Below are positions 33,928 through 34,387 of a DNA stretch of 34,387 bases, in pieces. The position numbers were made by a program, and so were the translations under genes. Origin of the DNA: Octopus bimaculoides (lineage: Eukaryota); the NCBI RefSeq assembly GCF_001194135.2, contig NC_068983.1:154054764-154089150 (forward strand). Direction: 5' to 3'. The first letter of the stretch is position 1. Each line of letters starts with the position of its first letter. The notes below the pieces were generated by a model. That model was not told the origin of the DNA. It was given only the letters and a program-made list of their open reading frames with translations, and did no database searches.

Positions 33928-34387
33928 CTCTCTTAACATCTTTCTAGATGTTCATTTTCACTCGAAATATCAGGATCCATTTAACGGTTGTAACGTAACA
34001 TTTCAATTGACTGTGTTATACATATTCCTGGTAAATAAAGGTGAAACTACATTTCTGTAAACTAAAAAACACTGCAGTCATTATATTTTGAAATACTTTC
34101 TGGTCGCTAGAGTACTTGAAAATTTGGTGTACAGAATTAGTGACGCTGGTATTGATATTCGTTATCCTGGGCCATATTGTATTTATAGATATAGAAATCG
34201 AGTAGCTTCGTAGTTAGCAAACTTGACTACTTCTACAACTATGTGTTACATACATACAAATATGCATCTAACTATCCATCTATCTATCTATCTATCTATC
34301 TCTGTCTCTCTACCTACCTATTTATCTATATGTCTATCTAACCACACACACATATATAAATATATATATATATATACACATATATAT

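Overview
AT-rich, microsatellite-dense eukaryotic DNA with 11 assembly gaps (about 4.0 kb of N). The tRNA-headed SINE families resemble those I know from Octopus, so a coleoid cephalopod source is inferred, not proven. I found no prokaryotic features, CRISPR array, rRNA, intact tRNA or recognisable host gene. Most ORF-track entries are artefacts of microsatellites or N runs. Supported content: the 3' end of an RTE-like LINE with two C2H2 fingers (1-266); three Penelope-like GIY-YIG remnants from two lineages; a rearranged mariner/Tc1 transposase remnant (24.65-25.25 kb); a TA-flanked Tc1/mariner MITE with an internal tandem duplication; an unclassified 341-bp element with 85-bp inverted arms; and about 13 SINE copies or fragments in three head groups (my labels A, B, C), including two nested A-in-B insertions with target-site duplications. 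A 366-bp duplication around a gap is almost certainly an assembly artefact. There is also a YY1+CRE motif pair and several unverified splice-flanked exon candidates. I cannot support a new biological system. The best leads are the fold-back (dsRNA-prone) repeats, the SINE nesting pattern and a speculative spliced small secreted-protein model.
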